Both the position numbers and the translations under genes were made by a program. The notes under the pieces were generated by a model. The model saw only the letters and a list, made by a program, of their open reading frames with translations. It was not told the origin of the DNA and did not search any database. A DNA stretch of 63,327 nt, filler included, from Octopus bimaculoides (lineage: Eukaryota): the NCBI RefSeq assembly GCF_001194135.2. It is 4 parts of 3 records of this genome, joined end to end, with 100 filler letters (N's around TTAATTAATTAA, not from the genome) between each part and the next. Parts side by side here need not be neighbours in the genome. Positions count along the whole stretch, not along the records: positions 1 to 19,640 come from NC_068983.1; positions 19,741 to 48,516 come from NC_068983.1; 2 more parts are not named here. The stretch is one strand, 5' to 3'. Below are positions 11,651-22,678 of this stretch, piece after piece. The first letter of the stretch is position 1; every line of letters starts with the position of its first letter.

Positions 11651-12858
11651 GTATAATCTTTCATATGATTTTATTCAACCAGCAGTTATGTCATTGCTCA
11701 AGTTAAAAAATAACTTTAATAAATTATACTAGTGTTTAAAAACTTTTGTACTCTTGCTCCACCTTTGGAAATACATCATCCCTCACATTTTGACTTTCAT
11801 TAGGATTTCAGAAGGACTTTTATAATGCCTAAGAGTATATTTTAGACCAAGCTACATGTTAGAAAGTGTTTGTTTTGTTTTCTAAGCATAATCATGTACA
11901 TACTGCTCAATTTGTATTGTGTTTTGTACTTGAAAGTTCTGTCAAAATTAACTTATGCCAAAATACATTTGTTGATAGATTATATGACTGAAAAATAGTG
12001 GGTTTTTGTTATTAGAGAAAACTACTTGGCTCAACAAAGTTTCTGTGCAACATGCATGTGGTCATTTGCATTTTGAAAAGCCACCAAAATAAATTCTATA
12101 TCAATTATCTTGCTCTTGAATCATCTTGGAGAACCTATTTCTTCCACAATATCAACCTGCAACAGGGTAAGAAATCTCAATAAAATCACTTTGAAATCCT
12201 CCAGATAGGCACCTATTTATTTGGAATTCTTGGATTGAAATAAACTTTAATGTATAAAGAAATGTGGCAATAATTTCTGTGAAAATAAGAAGCTCTGTAA
12301 ATGTTAGAAGAATGGATAATCAATCATTGAATTTTGTTATAGGACTTAAAAGTGTTCACTTCTGGTCACAAGTAGACTCATTATCATCTATTATAAGAGA
12401 GCCTTATTTTGTCACAATCAATTTTTTTCCCAAATCATTCATCAAAAAAGCAAACACACTCACAAAGAAAACACAAGCACAAAATAAGACCATGGTTTTA
12501 AATCTTTTGTTCCATTACATACCAATAATGTGGAAGTCTAGAAACCTCAGGGCTTGATGAAATCATAAGCATAGCCCTAAAATACCCACAGCCTACAGGA
12601 AATGATGCACTCACTATATCCCTAGAATATAGAAACTGAACAGAATTAATTCTAAAAACTAGCAATAATTTAATTGAATCAGCATCACACAAACTTCAAT
12701 ATTTTTCTCAGTTAATTACTGGAGAAAAGATAGTTTTCTTGATCTTTGTAAAACTGCATTATATAATGTCTACTTTTCATTCCCTCTAATATTTGAACCC
12801 TACAGTCATATTTCTTTTGGTTTGTTAAATCTTAAGTACTATCATTATTGTCTTTTAG

Positions 12859-12956
12859 GTATAATTGAATGCCAATTGCTTATGGATAAGATAGAAGATG
12901 CATCTCATCAGCTGGAGTTTCTTAATGAGATTCAAATGAGTATCGGTCACACTGCT
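12859..12956 (+). CDS. TTC21B: TTC21B exon
   Basis: Acceptor ttgtcttttag, donor gct|gtaagt. Encodes [33 protein letters not shown] vs human [32 protein letters not shown]. Confidence 0.96.
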
Positions 12957-13424
12957 GTAAGTTGGACATATTTCTAAAAACAGTCAGTTCACATGTACTC
13001 ACAGCTTTGCTAAATTGTTAATGACGTTTGTGTTTTCATTAAATTTACTACTGAGATTGACAATATAGATTATCAGTTTGAACGTTCCACAGTCGTCCAT
13101 ATACTGAAGATATTAAATATAAGATAAAGATAAGTTTGTGAATAGAATTTCGTATGTCATTATAATATAGTTTATTAAACTCATTGTTAGAAAATCTGAG
13201 CCAATTTTGTTAAATGTGAGCTATCATGCAGTTTATCTGAAATAAATTCTCACTTGATCTCTTGTTTCATAATTGTTATATAGTATCAGTGCAAGCTGGC
13301 TGGTTTTATTATTTGTGCTTCCTCTTATATCATACATGTGTATTTAGACTAAAAGTATCAGTTCTTTGCTGCTTCTTAAAAACATTCCTTCAACATTTAA
13401 AATACAAAAGAAATTTGTTACCAT

Positions 13425-13740
13425 TGTAGTGACGTCATATGGCGCCAAAGGTACAGTCGCCATTGCTGCGTTTTTGTCCACGCATGCGTGGAGTTCGACA
13501 TCTAAACGTTCCCGCTTTTTTCACTCTCTTTTCCCGGCCGGGCGGCTATGAGCATGAACGTGTCAAGCTGTTTCTCCATCTTTCCAACTCTGGGGACAGC
13601 TCACATCAACATTCCAACGTCTCAGCAACCATGCTCTCTCACAGAAGGCGTCTCAGCAACCAAATTTAAAGCTGCCTATTTTCCTACATAAATAAATATT
13701 GTTGTGTTGATAGTTCGGAGTCAGCGTTACGTTGTTATTT
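13425..13740. mobile_element. CpG-rich insertion, possible short solo LTR
   Basis: Starts TGTAG, internal CTACA at 13684-13688, AATAAA at 13691. CpG-rich against a CpG-poor intron. No TSD identified. Confidence 0.35.
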
Positions 13741-13883
13741 AGAATTTAATATAGGAAAGCAGGTGTACACCTAATGGTGTATAACCACTTTCCTATACCC
13801 TTATCATTTTTAATTTCTTGTCCTTTCTTTTTGTGTTTTTAATTTGATTACTTTAAATATTCTGTATTATCGATTATTTGTAG

Positions 13884-13991
13884 GAGTTGTACTATTTGAG
13901 TGCTGTTCTTGGGAAAAAGAAACAGAACAAAGAAGACAATACCATTGTGTTGTTAAATGAAGCTGTTAATAAACACTTCTCAACTTTCAAG
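13884..13991 (+). CDS. TTC21B: TTC21B exon
   Basis: Acceptor attatttgtag, donor aag|gtactt. Encodes ELYYLSAVLGKKKQNKEDNTIVLLNEAVNKHFSTFK vs human [33 protein letters not shown]. Confidence 0.94.
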
Positions 13992-14023
13992 GTACTTTTT
14001 TATTCTATATATATATATACACA

Positions 14024-14705
14024 CAGGGTGTGGATGGTATTTGAGGACACATGCATTTTTACTCGTTATTTTATTTGACTAAGTTTTATTGAACTTCTGT
14101 TTCAGAAAATAACAATTACAGGCTTTATGCTTCCTATTGAAATGAAAAAACACGCTGTGATTGTGGCTTTGCAGGCTAAGCATGGGGACTTAGAAATTTC
14201 TCATTTTCTGGAAGTTGCAAGATCCTTTGTCCACAAGATTTGGTATCAAGACGTAAAAGTCATTTCAAACGCTTGAATCTATCAGAACACTTGAATTTAT
14301 TCAGGAAGTTAAGCAAAATATTGAAGACAATCTAGGAAAATCAATGAGGTTAATTGCAAAAAAATTTTGTGTGTCAGAAAAAACAATCAGAAATGTTGTG
14401 TATGAAGACATCAGATACGAATCTTATGTGATGAGGAGAGGTCAATTCATGTCAGAAGAAACAAAACAAAACCGTTTAATTAAATCCAAAAGACGTTTGA
14501 ACAAACTTAAAAATCTATCAGAAAATGGTGTGATTTGGTTTTTCTCGGATGAGAAAAACTTTGACCAGGACCAGAAAACTAACAGAAGAAATGACAGATG
14601 GCTATGTGCAGACCCTTCTGAGGTTCCAAGAGTAATGCACACAAAATTTCCTGCAAATGTCATGGTTTTGGGCGTCGTTAGCAATGAAGGACATGTGATG
14701 CCACT
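14024..14705 (+). mobile_element. 3'-truncated Tc1/mariner-superfamily transposon, maT (DD37D)-like
   Basis: Begins cagggtg after (TA)n/(CA)n. ORF 14344-14793 reads ..FFSDEKNFDQDQKTNRRNDRWLC..MHTKFPANVMVLGVVSNEGHVMP, with the first catalytic D in FSDEK. Confidence 0.85.
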
Positions 14706-14819
14706 GAAAACTAAGGGACTTTTGCTTCGCAGAAAATGTAAACAAAGATTTTACTTTTGCTCAGGTATTACTAATGAAAACATATGTAAATGACATGCAC
14801 ATACATAAATACACACATA

Positions 14820-14985
14820 CAACAGGTTTCTTCTCAGTTTTTGCCTACCAATTCCACAAACAAGGCATTGCTTGGTCCAAAGCAATTGTAGAAAACACTT
14901 GCCTAAGACACCACGCAATGAAACTGAACCCAGATTAGTTTCATTGCATGGTTGTGAAGCAAACTTTGTAACCATACCTATGCCT
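14820..14985 (-). mobile_element. tRNA-derived SINE fragment (family with ggcaccttgggcaagtgtcttcta core)
   Basis: Related copies at about 24150-24310 (-), 25430-25580 (-), 47945-48075 (+), 56600-56750 (-). Confidence 0.7.
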
Positions 14986-14987
14986 GC

Positions 14988-15043
<56 letters not shown>

Positions 15044-15068
15044 NNNNNNNNNNCTCTCCCTCTCTATC

Positions 15069-15155
<87 letters not shown>

Positions 15156-15397
15156 CAAGAATATGCAACTAGTAGTGGGTCTTCTTAAGTACAGCAATGT
15201 ACCATATATTCCAACCCTTTGTCATCTTTGTAAGGCTCAGTACTTTGAGATCGGCTTTCAGTACTTCAACCCATGTCTTCCTGGGTCTCCCTCTTTCACA
15301 ACTTCCCATCCTACATTTTATTCATATTAAGTCTCACAACAAAGAATTGCTTACTGTTATTCACTAAAGTTTATCAAAATTTTCATCTATTTTTCAG

Positions 15398-15490
15398 ACT
15401 CTTTATCTTAGCTATGAATATTTCATTAAATTGAACCCTGATTTTCTTATTCAAATAACAAATGACTATTTGGATTATGGACCTCAACAG
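15398..15490 (+). CDS. TTC21B: TTC21B exon
   Basis: Acceptor ctatttttcag, donor cag|gtgagt. Encodes TLYLSYEYFIKLNPDFLIQITNDYLDYGPQQ vs human [24 protein letters not shown]. Confidence 0.95.
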
Positions 15491-16716
15491 GTGAGTATCA
15501 TTTTCCCCTTCTACTCATGTTTATTACATTTTTACATATTTTCTACACCATATTTTAGACCCGATTATATCATCATCATTGCCATTGTATTTAATCATAT
15601 GCATTTCATTGTATTAGTAGACCTATTTCTTTTCTTGCTTATTAGAAATACAGGAGTCTTGGCAAGACTAAATTTGGAAACTATTTGCCACTATGTTTGG
15701 CTTGCAATCACCTTAATGCCATATAAAACTATTTTATGGAAGAATAAAGTACATGGTTTAATGGTTAATATTGGGTTCACAATCATACGGTTATGTGTTT
15801 GACTCCTTTACTTGGCAGTGCATTGTATCCCTGAGCTAAGCACTTCTTTGCTTCATATTGCTCAAGGATGCTCATTTGAAATGTGTACTAACTGGATGCT
15901 GATACAAATCTCTCTTCTTCCAGCTGCTACATTCTGAGTGGGTGAGAGTGGCCAAGATGGTGTTTGTGTCTGCTGTCTATTATATCAACACCTAAAACAA
16001 TTAGCAAAGCATCATACATGCTCAGAATCAGGACTTTAGCTATTACTTCGATACTGGAAATGATAATTCTCTGAATTGATTAAGTATTGGTGTAATGATG
16101 GAAAGACTGGATTAACTTGTGTCTTTCCACCGTGTAGAAGATACCTGATGAGTAGGAGTAAGACACTACTACTCATCACCTATCATCATTGCTTCCAATT
16201 AGTGTGCTCCCAATTTCGCTCATCTCTTCACAAAACTCTTCAAATTCCTCCCCAGCAGTCATCTTCTCCACAGTTACCAATCTAAAAAAGTTCTAGCTGA
16301 ACATTAATTGCATCAATCTCATCAATTTTGGAAGGCTTTCAATGGTTATAGGTAATGGCCTTCCTTGGATTAAATAATTGAAAATAAGCTGAGTAGCTCC
16401 ATCTTTGTTTTGGAAATGCTTGAAGAGGAGGAGGCTATATAATTACCTTTCATTGGTTTGTTGTGCAGAGGTTGTTTCTTACTCCACAGTAAGCTTGGTA
16501 GATACATCTGATAATTTAATTTATTGTACTTGTTGCATCAGATAGATAGTGATTGAGTACTTTTTTGCTGGAGCAGGTCAGATGCAGTACAATTTGCCCA
16601 GCATCACACTTTCGTAATACCAATGATATCCATGATGCTAAATGATGACAATTGTTTTAATTTTTCAGGCACAAGAACTATGGTATATAATGCCTAATTT
16701 TTAATCCCAATTTCAG

Positions 16717-16846
16717 CCAAGCCAGTATGGTCAACCTCTCGATCCTATTCTCAAGAAATGTTTGCAAATTTTGGACCCAGTTACCAAAATGTTACCTGGT
16801 TTGTTTAAAGGGGTCTATCTATTGGCAAAAGTGAAATATCTATGTG
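16717..16846 (+). CDS. TTC21B: TTC21B exon
   Basis: Acceptor cccaatttcag, donor g|gtaagt. Encodes PSQYGQPLDPILKKCLQILDPVTKMLPGLFKGVYLLAKVKYLC vs human [43 protein letters not shown]. Confidence 0.96.
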
Positions 16847-17127
16847 GTAAGTTGCATGTAGTCTTTCATCCAGAATACTAGAAATTGATAATAATTTTTG
16901 ATTACCTGCAGTCTTCATAGATATGGGGTTTGAGACTTTTAGGGCTGAAGATATGGTATGTTGGGATGTTCAGGCTTTTTCATGAGAAATTTGGCAAGGG
17001 AAGTAAAGTAGAGTTTGTGGAGTTGGTTCACAGTAAATTTGATGCAGTATTATGCAGTCATCATCAGTAGATATAAGAATATAGATGACATACTCTACAT
17101 TGATATATCATTCCTATATATATATAT

Positions 17128-17157
17128 ACTAGCAGAGATACCCAGCCTTGCTCGGGA
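17128..17157 (-). mobile_element. Possible Helitron-type 3' end (GC hairpin + CTAG)
   Basis: Minus strand tcccgagcaaggctgggtatctctgCTAGt: short hairpin followed by CTAG. Confidence 0.4.
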
Positions 17158-17184
17158 TTAAAATGGCATAGATTTTTATTGCTT

Positions 17185-17420
17185 TACTTGTTTCAGTCAT
17201 GTGACTGCGGCCATGGTGGAGCAGCGTCGTTGGTCGAAGAAATCAACCACAGGATTTATTCTTTGTAAACCTAGTACTCATTCTGTCAGTGTCTTTTACC
17301 AAACCGCTAAGCTACAGGAATGTAAACACAGCAACATCAGCTGTCAAGGAATGGTGGGGATACAAACACAAGACACAGGCACACACATACACAAATATAC
17401 ACATAGAAAAGCCTTGTTTT
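17185..17420 (-). mobile_element. SINE body/tail fragment (gtgctccagcatggccgcagt..tgactgaaacaagtaaa family)
   Basis: Related copies at about 20260-20430, 23060-23110, 49110-49290, 56380-56600 (all -) and 58390-58480 (+). Confidence 0.7.
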
Positions 17421-18196
17421 TTCTGTCAAGTGCGTGTATGCCTTGTTATTAGACTATTTTCTTTAGTCATTGCACGGTGAACGCCATAAACTTTAAGCTT
17501 ATATAAAAAATACCATTGCTGTTATTATTTACATGATTGTAAAATACGGCGTCGTATAACAAAACCATTTGCACCGAAATATATATATATAATTCAAAAA
17601 CAGTCTCCTCTGGCCCCTGTGCCAGTGGCACGTAAAACGCACTCACTACACTCACGGATTGGTTGGCATTAGGAAGGGCATCCAGCTGTAGAAACACTGC
17701 CAGATCAGACTGGAGCCTGGTGCAGCCTCCTGGCTCTTCAGACCCCAGTCAAACCGTCCAACCCCTGCTAGCATGGAAAACAGATGTTAAACGATGATGA
17801 TGATGATGATTAACATTTCTATTAATCATCAGCTGTTTAAGTCCTGAATGTGTGCATAGTACTGGAGAGGGTTTGAACTTGCAACTTTTATTTTTAAATT
17901 AAGGATAACATGCTTGTCCTATAGACAAATACAGATATTGTTAAAATTAATGACACTCATTATAAGTCGATGTCACTTCTATAAGCATCAACATGTTTGT
18001 TAATGTTCAGCAACTAAATTAAAACACCTCTTGTTTATAATGGCTCAATACATTACTTGAATCACTTGAAAGAAATTCAAAACATTGAAAAGAATATAGA
18101 AATTACATTTTTCACTCTATTTGAAATGCTTTACTTTTTCTATATCCTATACACATTATACAGTTCGAAATTTTTTTTTCTAATGTTCTATTGTAG

Positions 18197-18282
18197 GAGA
18201 CTTTGAAGCTGCTCAAGCTACACTCCAGCACTGCTTAGATCAAGACCAGTCTCTCTCTAGTGCTCATATTTTAATGGCACAG
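18197..18282 (+). CDS. TTC21B: TTC21B exon
   Basis: Acceptor gttctattgtag, donor cag|gtaaat. Encodes GDFEAAQATLQHCLDQDQSLSSAHILMAQ vs human [29 protein letters not shown]. Confidence 0.96.
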
Positions 18283-18686
18283 GTAAATACATGTTTGTTA
18301 CAATATTTAATTGTAATTTTAGTAAATTCTATATTTAATAATTTCAATTTTATTCTATGTGTGTCTCATCATTGGCATGAGTTGAGTGGTTCAACAGGAT
18401 CCAGCAAGCCAGAGGAATGTATTGAGCTCCAGTATATCTGCTTTGGCCTGGTTTGTACGGCTGGATGCCCTTCTTAATGCCAACCACTTTCAGTATGTCC
18501 TGGTTGCTTTTTTCATGACACCAGCATCAGTAAGATTGCCAAGGAACTTGCACAACAGCAAAAAACAAATCCTCTCAACTGAGTGGAGTTGGAGTTGTAA
18601 TAAAGGGAGAGGGGCTTTATTCTTGGTGTTGAGAGGCTAAAATTTCAAAAGGTACAGGCACAGATGTCTTAATATAGAAGAGATAC

Positions 18687-18790
18687 GAGGTGGTGAGCTG
18701 GCAGAATCATTAGCACACTGGGTGAAATGCTTAGTGGTATTTTGTCTGTCTTTATGTTCTGAGTTCAAATTCCACCAAGGAATTTGAACT
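18687..18790 (+). mobile_element. tRNA-like SINE head (Nin-domain SINE family)
   Basis: ggtggtgagctggcagaatc..gttctgagttcaaattcc. Other copies carry the Nin/Deu-like core ttgcctttcatcctttcggggtcgataaaa: about 36060-36245 (-), 37650-38040 (-), 53760-53977 (-), 61721-61845 (+). Confidence 0.7.
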
Positions 18791-18842
18791 CATTTGACTA
18801 CATTTTTATATTTTATTCATTATTTCTATAATTTTCTTTCAG

Positions 18843-18914
18843 ATTCATTTACATTTAAACAACTTTAAACTTGCTTCACAATCTCTTGAATTTGGACTCA
18901 GTCATAACTTTCAG
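18843..18914 (+). CDS. TTC21B: TTC21B exon (last one found in window)
   Basis: Acceptor attttctttcag, donor cag|gtaatt. Encodes IHLHLNNFKLASQSLEFGLSHNFQ vs human [24 protein letters not shown]. All 14 exons join in one open frame (1532 nt). Confidence 0.94.
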
Positions 18915-19284
18915 GTAATTATTGAGTGTTTCAATACTTTTGTTAATTCTCACCAATTTGTACTAGATTTGTTTTTTTTTTATTTTCAAACTAATTATTT
19001 TTTAAGAAAACTAAAAGAAAACCTCGAAGTAATGGCAATTTAAGAAATAAATAACATTACAACAATCTTATTTGACTGGTTTTCATTGTGCTAAAATTCA
19101 ACATGGCAGCCCTGAGGAAACAGATTTTGGAAGAGTGAGTGGGTATTTGGAATATTGGTTTCAATTTCTGAAAAGATGTTCGTAAATGCCAGTTACCAGT
19201 TAATGAGTCTTTCAATATAACTTATTGAAAGCTGCTGTTTATTTCTCATTAGCCATACACACACACATATATATATATATATAT

Positions 19285-19640
19285 GGGAGAATATACAAAA
19301 AATAACAACAGACGAGGACAGGTGGTGTAAATAACAAAAGTATATATTAGTATGACGCTCGGGAATACGGAAAGTCTTTGACGTTTCGAGCTACGCTCTT
19401 CAACAGAAAGAATACGGAGACAAGGAGAAAAACACGGAGAAAAAAAATTGAATAGTGTTCAGTCAACGGTCAATCATAATAATGGCCGATCATAACAATG
19501 ACTGACCGGAAGTTAGAAATTCTTATTTCAGGAGAGCTAAGAAAGGGGGAGATAACAAACGGTGATCGGGAACGAGGGGCTGTGTGTGGGAGGTAGACTG
19601 CTGGTGATCTTGACGTATGTAGTGTGAAAATGGGGGAAGG
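19285..19640 (-). mobile_element. Penelope-like element terminal repeat (pLTR) running into a gap
   Basis: Abuts (TA)n and contains a minimal hammerhead fold. 19285-19475 is by eye the exact reverse complement of 48617-48807. Confidence 0.65.
19375..19411 (-). ncRNA. Minimal type I hammerhead ribozyme motif, variant core (CUGUUGA)
   Basis: Minus strand tcttt-CTGTTGA-A-GAGC-gta-GCTC-GAAAC-GTC-aaaga. Stem I tcttt/aaaga, stem II GAGC/GCTC, palindromic ACGT stem III, GUC cleavage triplet. Confidence 0.65.
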
Positions 19641-19740
19641 NNNNNNNNNNNNNNNNNNNNNNNNNNNNNNNNNNNNNNNNNNNNTTAATTAATTAANNNN
19701 NNNNNNNNNNNNNNNNNNNNNNNNNNNNNNNNNNNNNNNN
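19641..19740. other. Artificial scaffold join N44-TTAATTAATTAA-N44
   Basis: Exactly 100 bp. Identical structure at 48517-48616 and 59795-59894. The 12-mer has stops in all six frames. Confidence 0.95.
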
Positions 19741-20624
19741 ACTCCTTGACTGGGCACATAAACTAAAATTACTGAATGAAACAGAATAGGGTGAACAAAA
19801 GTTGCAGGAGAGGATTGGTGGTAAAGGGAATAAAAACGGCTAAGAGCTCCTTTGTTAAAATTTAGTAATAATATAGGCTTCTTTTGGAGCCCATCAGATT
19901 ACATTTCCATAAATTGTGATAGATACCAAAATTTTTCTGTGATTCACTACATCCATTTGTGAGATGTTACAAATGTAACCTGTAAACTTGGATAGAATTT
20001 CTGAGCATGGTAACGTACATGGAAAGTGAAACCCCCTTAATATGTTGGGAAGGAAGAATAGTGGATGATTGGTTTCAAGATGGAACTAACTAAATCAAAG
20101 CACTTCAACTCAATGGAGAAAGCTGCTTATTGATTAGGTATGTAACAATTACTAAAACAGTTTTAAAAGAAAGCAATTATTAAAGGCTTGACCATCTGAA
20201 AATTATTTTATAAATTTGTGTTCCAAGAAATTTCCTTTAATTTTGATTTCTGAACTTTTATTCTTTTATTCTTTTATTTGTTTCGGTTATTTGGCTGCAG
20301 ACATGCTGGAGCACCGCCTTTAGTTGAACAAATCAACTCCAAGACTTATTCTTTGTAAGCTTAGTACTTATTCTATTGGTATCTTTTGCCAAACCACTAA
20401 GTTACGGGCACGTAAACACACCAACATTGTAGAGTTTAGACAATTCAGTTAATTCCAGTATTTTTATTTTGCTAAGTTTGGTGTTTATTCTATTGCTGGA
20501 CTGATGAGATGTAAGGTTTTAGGCAACCAATATGGGTTTATAATCAGTGAGAGACTTACACAAAAAGACATATACATACAAACACACACACACACACATG
20601 CGTACACACACATGCATGCATACA

Positions 20625-21562
20625 TCTGCACTCGTCAGATTTTCATTTTTACGCAATATGGTGACGCACACTGAGCAGAAATACTGCATCAAGTTTTGCC
20701 CAAAGCTTGGTGATACTCAAGCTCAAATCATGCAGAAGAGTTAGCAAGCCTTTAACAATGATGCCATGGGTAAAACCCAGATCAAAGGGTGGTAAAACCA
20801 CTTCAAACTTGACCACACCTCAGTGGAGAATGAAGGATGCTCAGGCAAGCCATCCACAAGCTGAAATGAGGCCCCGTTAAAAAGGTTCAGTGAATAATTA
20901 TGGAAGACTGTCATTTAACAACCCAGGAAAGTGCTCTCAAAGTGGGAATAAGCAAAGGATCAGTGCATTCCATTTTAATGGAGGATTTGTACCTATGGAG
21001 AGTGTCAACGTGAGTCATTCCCAAGATGCTGGCAGAGCAACTCAGCATGGAAATCGTTCAGGACATACCGGACAGTGCAAACCATGACCTCAACTTCATA
21101 AAGACCATCATCAAGAAAGAATACTACCTAGAGGCTATACATTGTCTTTGTGATGCTGTGCATCAATAGCAGCTGGGCATGTGGGCAGTGAAGAATTGGC
21201 AACTTCATGACAATGCACCTGCTCGTCCCCCCCCCCNNNNNNNNNNCCCCCCATAATCAAAGATTTCCTGGTTAAAAACAGCACACCACTTGTTTGACAG
21301 GCTCCCTATTCTCCCAACTTCTTCACCATTCAGAAAACGACACTGAAAGGTAAGCGGTTTGAGGAGTGAGAGGAAATCATGAGAAAAGCAATGCTGAAGT
21401 TCCATAGCATTCTAGAGAAGGCATTCCAGCAGTGGTAGAATTGCTGGGAGACGTGTGTGAACTCCAACAGAGTATTTTAAAGGTGATTAAATAAAATTTT
21501 TGAAATGTACAAAATTGTGATTTTTTATGCCCAAAAGCCAACTGCTTTTTGAACACACCTTG
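20625..21562 (+). mobile_element. Degenerate mariner-like transposon
   Basis: N-terminus MVTHTEQKYCIKFCPKLGDTQAQIMQK, later HDNAPA and PYSP motifs, and a TIR-like end ..ctttttgaacacaccttg. The 5' TIR is not seen. Confidence 0.8.
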
Positions 21563-22646
21563 TGTTTATATTAAATAAAAGTAACCAAACTTCTTGGTTT
21601 TTCTAGTTAGAAAACTTGTTTGCTTTTAAACTGACATAATTAAGATTATTTTCTATATGAACAATATGGGTGAGGTAAAATATCTCATGTGAAGCAGTCT
21701 TCAATTTATATACACACACAATAGTGTCTCATATCTGTAACTTAGTAAGTTGTTACTTGAGTAACAGATTCTTTTTGAAATTACAAGACAAAAACTCTTT
21801 CCCGGGTTGTTTAAAATCTAAAAATAAGAAGCAAAGGAAAACTAATGATTTAGTTGCAATTCCTTACAAGCCCAACCATCCTGTAGAGTAGAAGTTCATT
21901 CCTTGGTTCTTCATGGAGTGATTTGTGTTTGTTTAGTTCAGGGTCAACATTAATCAGCCAGATTAGTCATCAAAAACATTCCAGTTGTAACCCTCTTATC
22001 TTTTTATACAGCCAAGATTATATTTTTCAATGTGTCCTTCAATTTTTTGAAGGCATTATTGTCAACATGAGGCAGAATTGGCTGCCATGTCTATGAGACT
22101 GTAATATGGTTTTGAAACCTTCGCTCAAGGACACTTCAAGTCAGTAAAAACCATGTGTACTACAAAACGTTGAGCTAATAGACATTATATCTAAGTGACA
22201 CAAGGCTTGTCAGTCCACCTCATGGTCCTGGCAGACAAAATGGAAATGGTATTGCCTCGGAGGATGGCTTCTGTGCTAGTGGCATGTAAAAAGCACCATA
22301 CAAATGTAGTCGATGTCAGTGCCACCTGACTGGTCCCACACCGGTAGCATGTAAAAAGCACCATTCAAGCATGGTCGATGCCAGTACTGCCTCACTAGCC
22401 CCTGTACCGGTGGCATGTAAAAAGCACTCACTACACTCTCGGAGTGGTTGGCATTAGGAAGGGCATGTGGCTGTAGAAACCTTGCCAGATCAGACTGGAG
22501 CCTGGTACAGCCTCCTGGCTTCCCAGACCCCAGTCAAACCGTCCAACCCATGCCAGCATGGAAAGTAGACGTTAAATGATGATGATGAACAGCCATTACT
22601 GTGAAAGTCATACATGAATTTGTTATATCGTCAATGATGATATATG

Positions 22647-22678
<32 letters not shown>

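Noticed and set aside
19685-19696. TTAATTAATTAA as a homeodomain site or PacI-like motif
   Set aside because: Embedded symmetrically in N44 runs three times; assembly linker.
22270-22440. Regularly spaced direct repeats (catgtaaaaagcacc) resembling a CRISPR array
   Set aside because: Spacers are similar to each other; this is a roughly 67-bp tandem subrepeat in the RTE 3' UTR of a eukaryote, with no cas genes.
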